A stretch of DNA of 44,632 nt, taken from contig JAKZSX010000002.1 of the NCBI GenBank assembly GCA_047517405.1, positions 1 through 44,632 on the forward strand, read 5' to 3'. How positions within the stretch are numbered: position 1 is the first letter of the stretch; each line of letters opens with the position of its first letter. Shown piece after piece: positions 43,143-44,632 of this stretch. The notes beneath the pieces were generated by a model. That model made no database searches. It worked only from the letters and a program-made list of their open reading frames with translations, and had not been told where the DNA came from. Source of the stretch: Candidatus Poribacteria bacterium (lineage in GTDB: Bacteria; Poribacteria; WGA-4E; PCPOR2b). The position numbers were made by a program, and so were the translations under genes.

Positions 43143-43715
43143 ATGAAAGAAGATCCAGATCGCTACCTCGTTAAAAGAGCACAATGCGGGGACACCCGTG
43201 CTTTTGGTGAGTTGGTTCAGAAGTATCAGAGGCGAATTTACGAGCTCGCTTATAATTTTACTCACCATCCAGAGGATGCGTATGATCTGTCTCAGGAGAT
43301 TTTTCTTAGGGGCTTCAAGGCACTGAATCGTTTTGAAAGTAAATCCACATTTTACACATGGATTTATCGGATTGCCAAAAATGCGTGCATTGATTATACA
43401 CGCCGCCGCACAAGTCAGAAAAATATCTCTTTTGTCGAAGAATTACCCGCTGACGATTTCCTATTCCCCTCAGGTGCTACCAAGGACGCTACACTGCACG
43501 GCCTAGAACAGGCGGAGCTTGGAAAGGAGATTAGGAACGCGATTCAACAGTTATCTCCGCGTCAGAAGCAGGTGTTTATTTTGAGGCACTATGAAGGATT
43601 AGCCCTTCGCGAAATTGCTGATACTCTCTATCTGCGTGTCGGAAGCGTCAAAGCCCATCTGTTTAGCGCGACGCGAAAACTACGTGACCTACTTGCACCT
43701 TACTTAGAAAATTGA
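43143..43715 (+). CDS. ECF-type RNA polymerase sigma-70 factor
   Basis: Region 2 (AFGELVQKYQRRIYELAYNFT, DLSQEIFLRGFK, FYTWIYRIAKNACIDY) and region 4 (LSPRQKQVFILRHYEGLALREIADTL). I prefer the ATG at 43143. Confidence 0.9.
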   Translation: MKEDPDRYLVKRAQCGDTRAFGELVQKYQRRIYELAYNFTHHPEDAYDLSQEIFLRGFKALNRFESKSTFYTWIYRIAKNACIDYTRRRTSQKNISFVEELPADDFLFPSGATKDATLHGLEQAELGKEIRNAIQQLSPRQKQVFILRHYEGLALREIADTLYLRVGSVKAHLFSATRKLRDLLAPYLEN

Positions 43716-43721
43716 TTCGTT

Positions 43722-44387
43722 ATGAAATGTAAATTAGTCGAAAAATTAATACCAGCATACATCGAGGGAACGTTGTCTCCCAAACGGTCCCAGCAATTAG
43801 AACTTCATATTCACGACTGTCCTCACTGCCAAGAGGAATTACAAACCTTTGAGGAAACAATCCATCATGCCAGCAGTGTACCGATGGAGTACCCCACGCC
43901 AGAGGCATGGAAAGCGTTTTGGCCCACTCTCCGTATGAGACTTTCGCAAAGTCAAGCATTTGAAGAAAATCACCTTCCCCTTTGGGTAAGGATGCATGGG
44001 TGGAAAATGGCAAGTGTGGCTTGTGTGTTAGCTCTCCTTTTAAGTTTTTGGGGGCTTTCCAACAGTCGCTTATTCAAAGCTTCAACCGATAATCCCACTT
44101 TTGATGTGCTTATTTCCGCAAGTTTCATGGCTGAAATCCCTGTAGAACAGTTGCGAGAACAGTTAAATCGTGAGCTTCAAAGCCTAGATATTCCCTCGGT
44201 TTGGGACAGCCGGAGTTCGCTTGTTGATGAAATCCGACTGCCAAATTCGGTGGCGTCTACCGACCTTGTCAACCAATGGTTTAATGTCATTACTTCCGAA
44301 ATCGCTATCGAATCTTTTGGAGATGAAGCGCTCACTGACTTTGGTCCTGTGACAACAGATCAATTTGCTTACACCGCCTTGGATTAA
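43722..44387 (+). CDS. anti-sigma factor (zf-HC2 type) with one TM helix
   Basis: The H-x3-C-x2-C motif HIHDCPHCQEE lies near the N-terminus, with a central hydrophobic helix MASVACVLALLLSFWGL. The gene starts 6 nt after the sigma gene stop. Confidence 0.75.
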   Translation: MKCKLVEKLIPAYIEGTLSPKRSQQLELHIHDCPHCQEELQTFEETIHHASSVPMEYPTPEAWKAFWPTLRMRLSQSQAFEENHLPLWVRMHGWKMASVACVLALLLSFWGLSNSRLFKASTDNPTFDVLISASFMAEIPVEQLREQLNRELQSLDIPSVWDSRSSLVDEIRLPNSVASTDLVNQWFNVITSEIAIESFGDEALTDFGPVTTDQFAYTALD

Positions 44388-44414
44388 GAAAACTCCTAAA
44401 GGAGGATACTATCT

Positions 44415-44632
44415 ATGAAACGCCGTTATCTACCATTGCTCGCAGTAATCCCTGTGGTGATCGCGCTGGTGTTCTTGATTCCGTTTATCAAAAAAGCAAA
44501 CACTTCGCCTCGACCAACAACGCCAAGCGAGATGGCTGAGTTGGTTGAAACCATCAAAATTTGGAAGCTGGTTGATGCGGTTTCGCCAACGTCGGAGCAA
44601 AAGCTGCCTCTGTTGAGCCAATTCAACAAGCT
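44415..44632 (+). CDS. hypothetical exported/membrane-anchored protein, 5' fragment (runs off the window)
   Basis: AAAGGAGG RBS, then the ATG at 44415. MKRRYLPLLAVIPVVIALVFLIPF is a signal or anchor, followed by a helical region. Its position after a sigma/anti-sigma pair is compatible with a periplasmic stress or Spy/CpxP-like protein, but this is not demonstrable from the fragment. Confidence 0.45.
   Translation, partial: MKRRYLPLLAVIPVVIALVFLIPFIKKANTSPRPTTPSEMAELVETIKIWKLVDAVSPTSEQKLPLLSQFNK

Noticed and set aside
1-44632. Searched by eye for CRISPR arrays, transposases, integrases, reverse transcriptases (retron/DGR), toxin-antitoxin pairs and prophage genes
   Set aside because: I saw no regularly spaced direct repeats and no ORF with recognisable motifs of those families. 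The only dispersed repeats are the short REP-like hairpins.

Overview
This is a 44.6-kb bacterial chromosomal window, probably from an uncultured organism; I cannot assign taxonomy from sequence alone. It has no rRNA, CRISPR array, transposase, integrase or reverse transcriptase. I can support about 41 protein-coding genes, including two small ORFs below the 60-aa cutoff of the ORF track. I can also support 2 tRNAs (Phe-GAA, Thr-CGU), several sigma70-type promoters, intrinsic terminators, and a family of GTAG-headed REP-like hairpin repeats.

Most of the window is ordinary core or metabolic content:
- ggt, asd, pckA, mnmA, comEA, an OGG glycosylase, and a Cho-like GIY-YIG nuclease
- SDRs, a GNAT, a PQQ dehydrogenase, and a three-subunit molybdenum hydroxylase followed by a dipeptide epimerase
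- a TAXI binding protein, an FGE-vWA-PAP phosphatase operon, a Rieske fusion protein, and an ECF sigma/anti-sigma pair

The accessory-looking part lies at about 10.0-19.2 kb and contains three items:
1. A 69-aa acidic protein is translationally coupled to a 633-aa Rad50/SbcC-like ATPase. The ATPase has a mid-molecule CPxC zinc hook, and no Mre11/SbcD is present in the window.
2. A roughly 0.9-kb low-GC stretch follows, in which the ATPase reading frame stays open apart from two stop codons.
3. A visibly AT-rich two-gene operon encodes an intact 1028-aa SNF2-family helicase and a 694-aa protein. The 694-aa protein has an Hfq/Sm-like segment (YQH where Hfq has YKH) and a C-terminal CxxC...CPxC element that looks like an HNH finger lacking its catalytic residues.

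I regard the third item as the best candidate for an undescribed system, possibly a defence system or a nucleic-acid surveillance system. All functional calls rest on motif recognition by eye. No database search was run.
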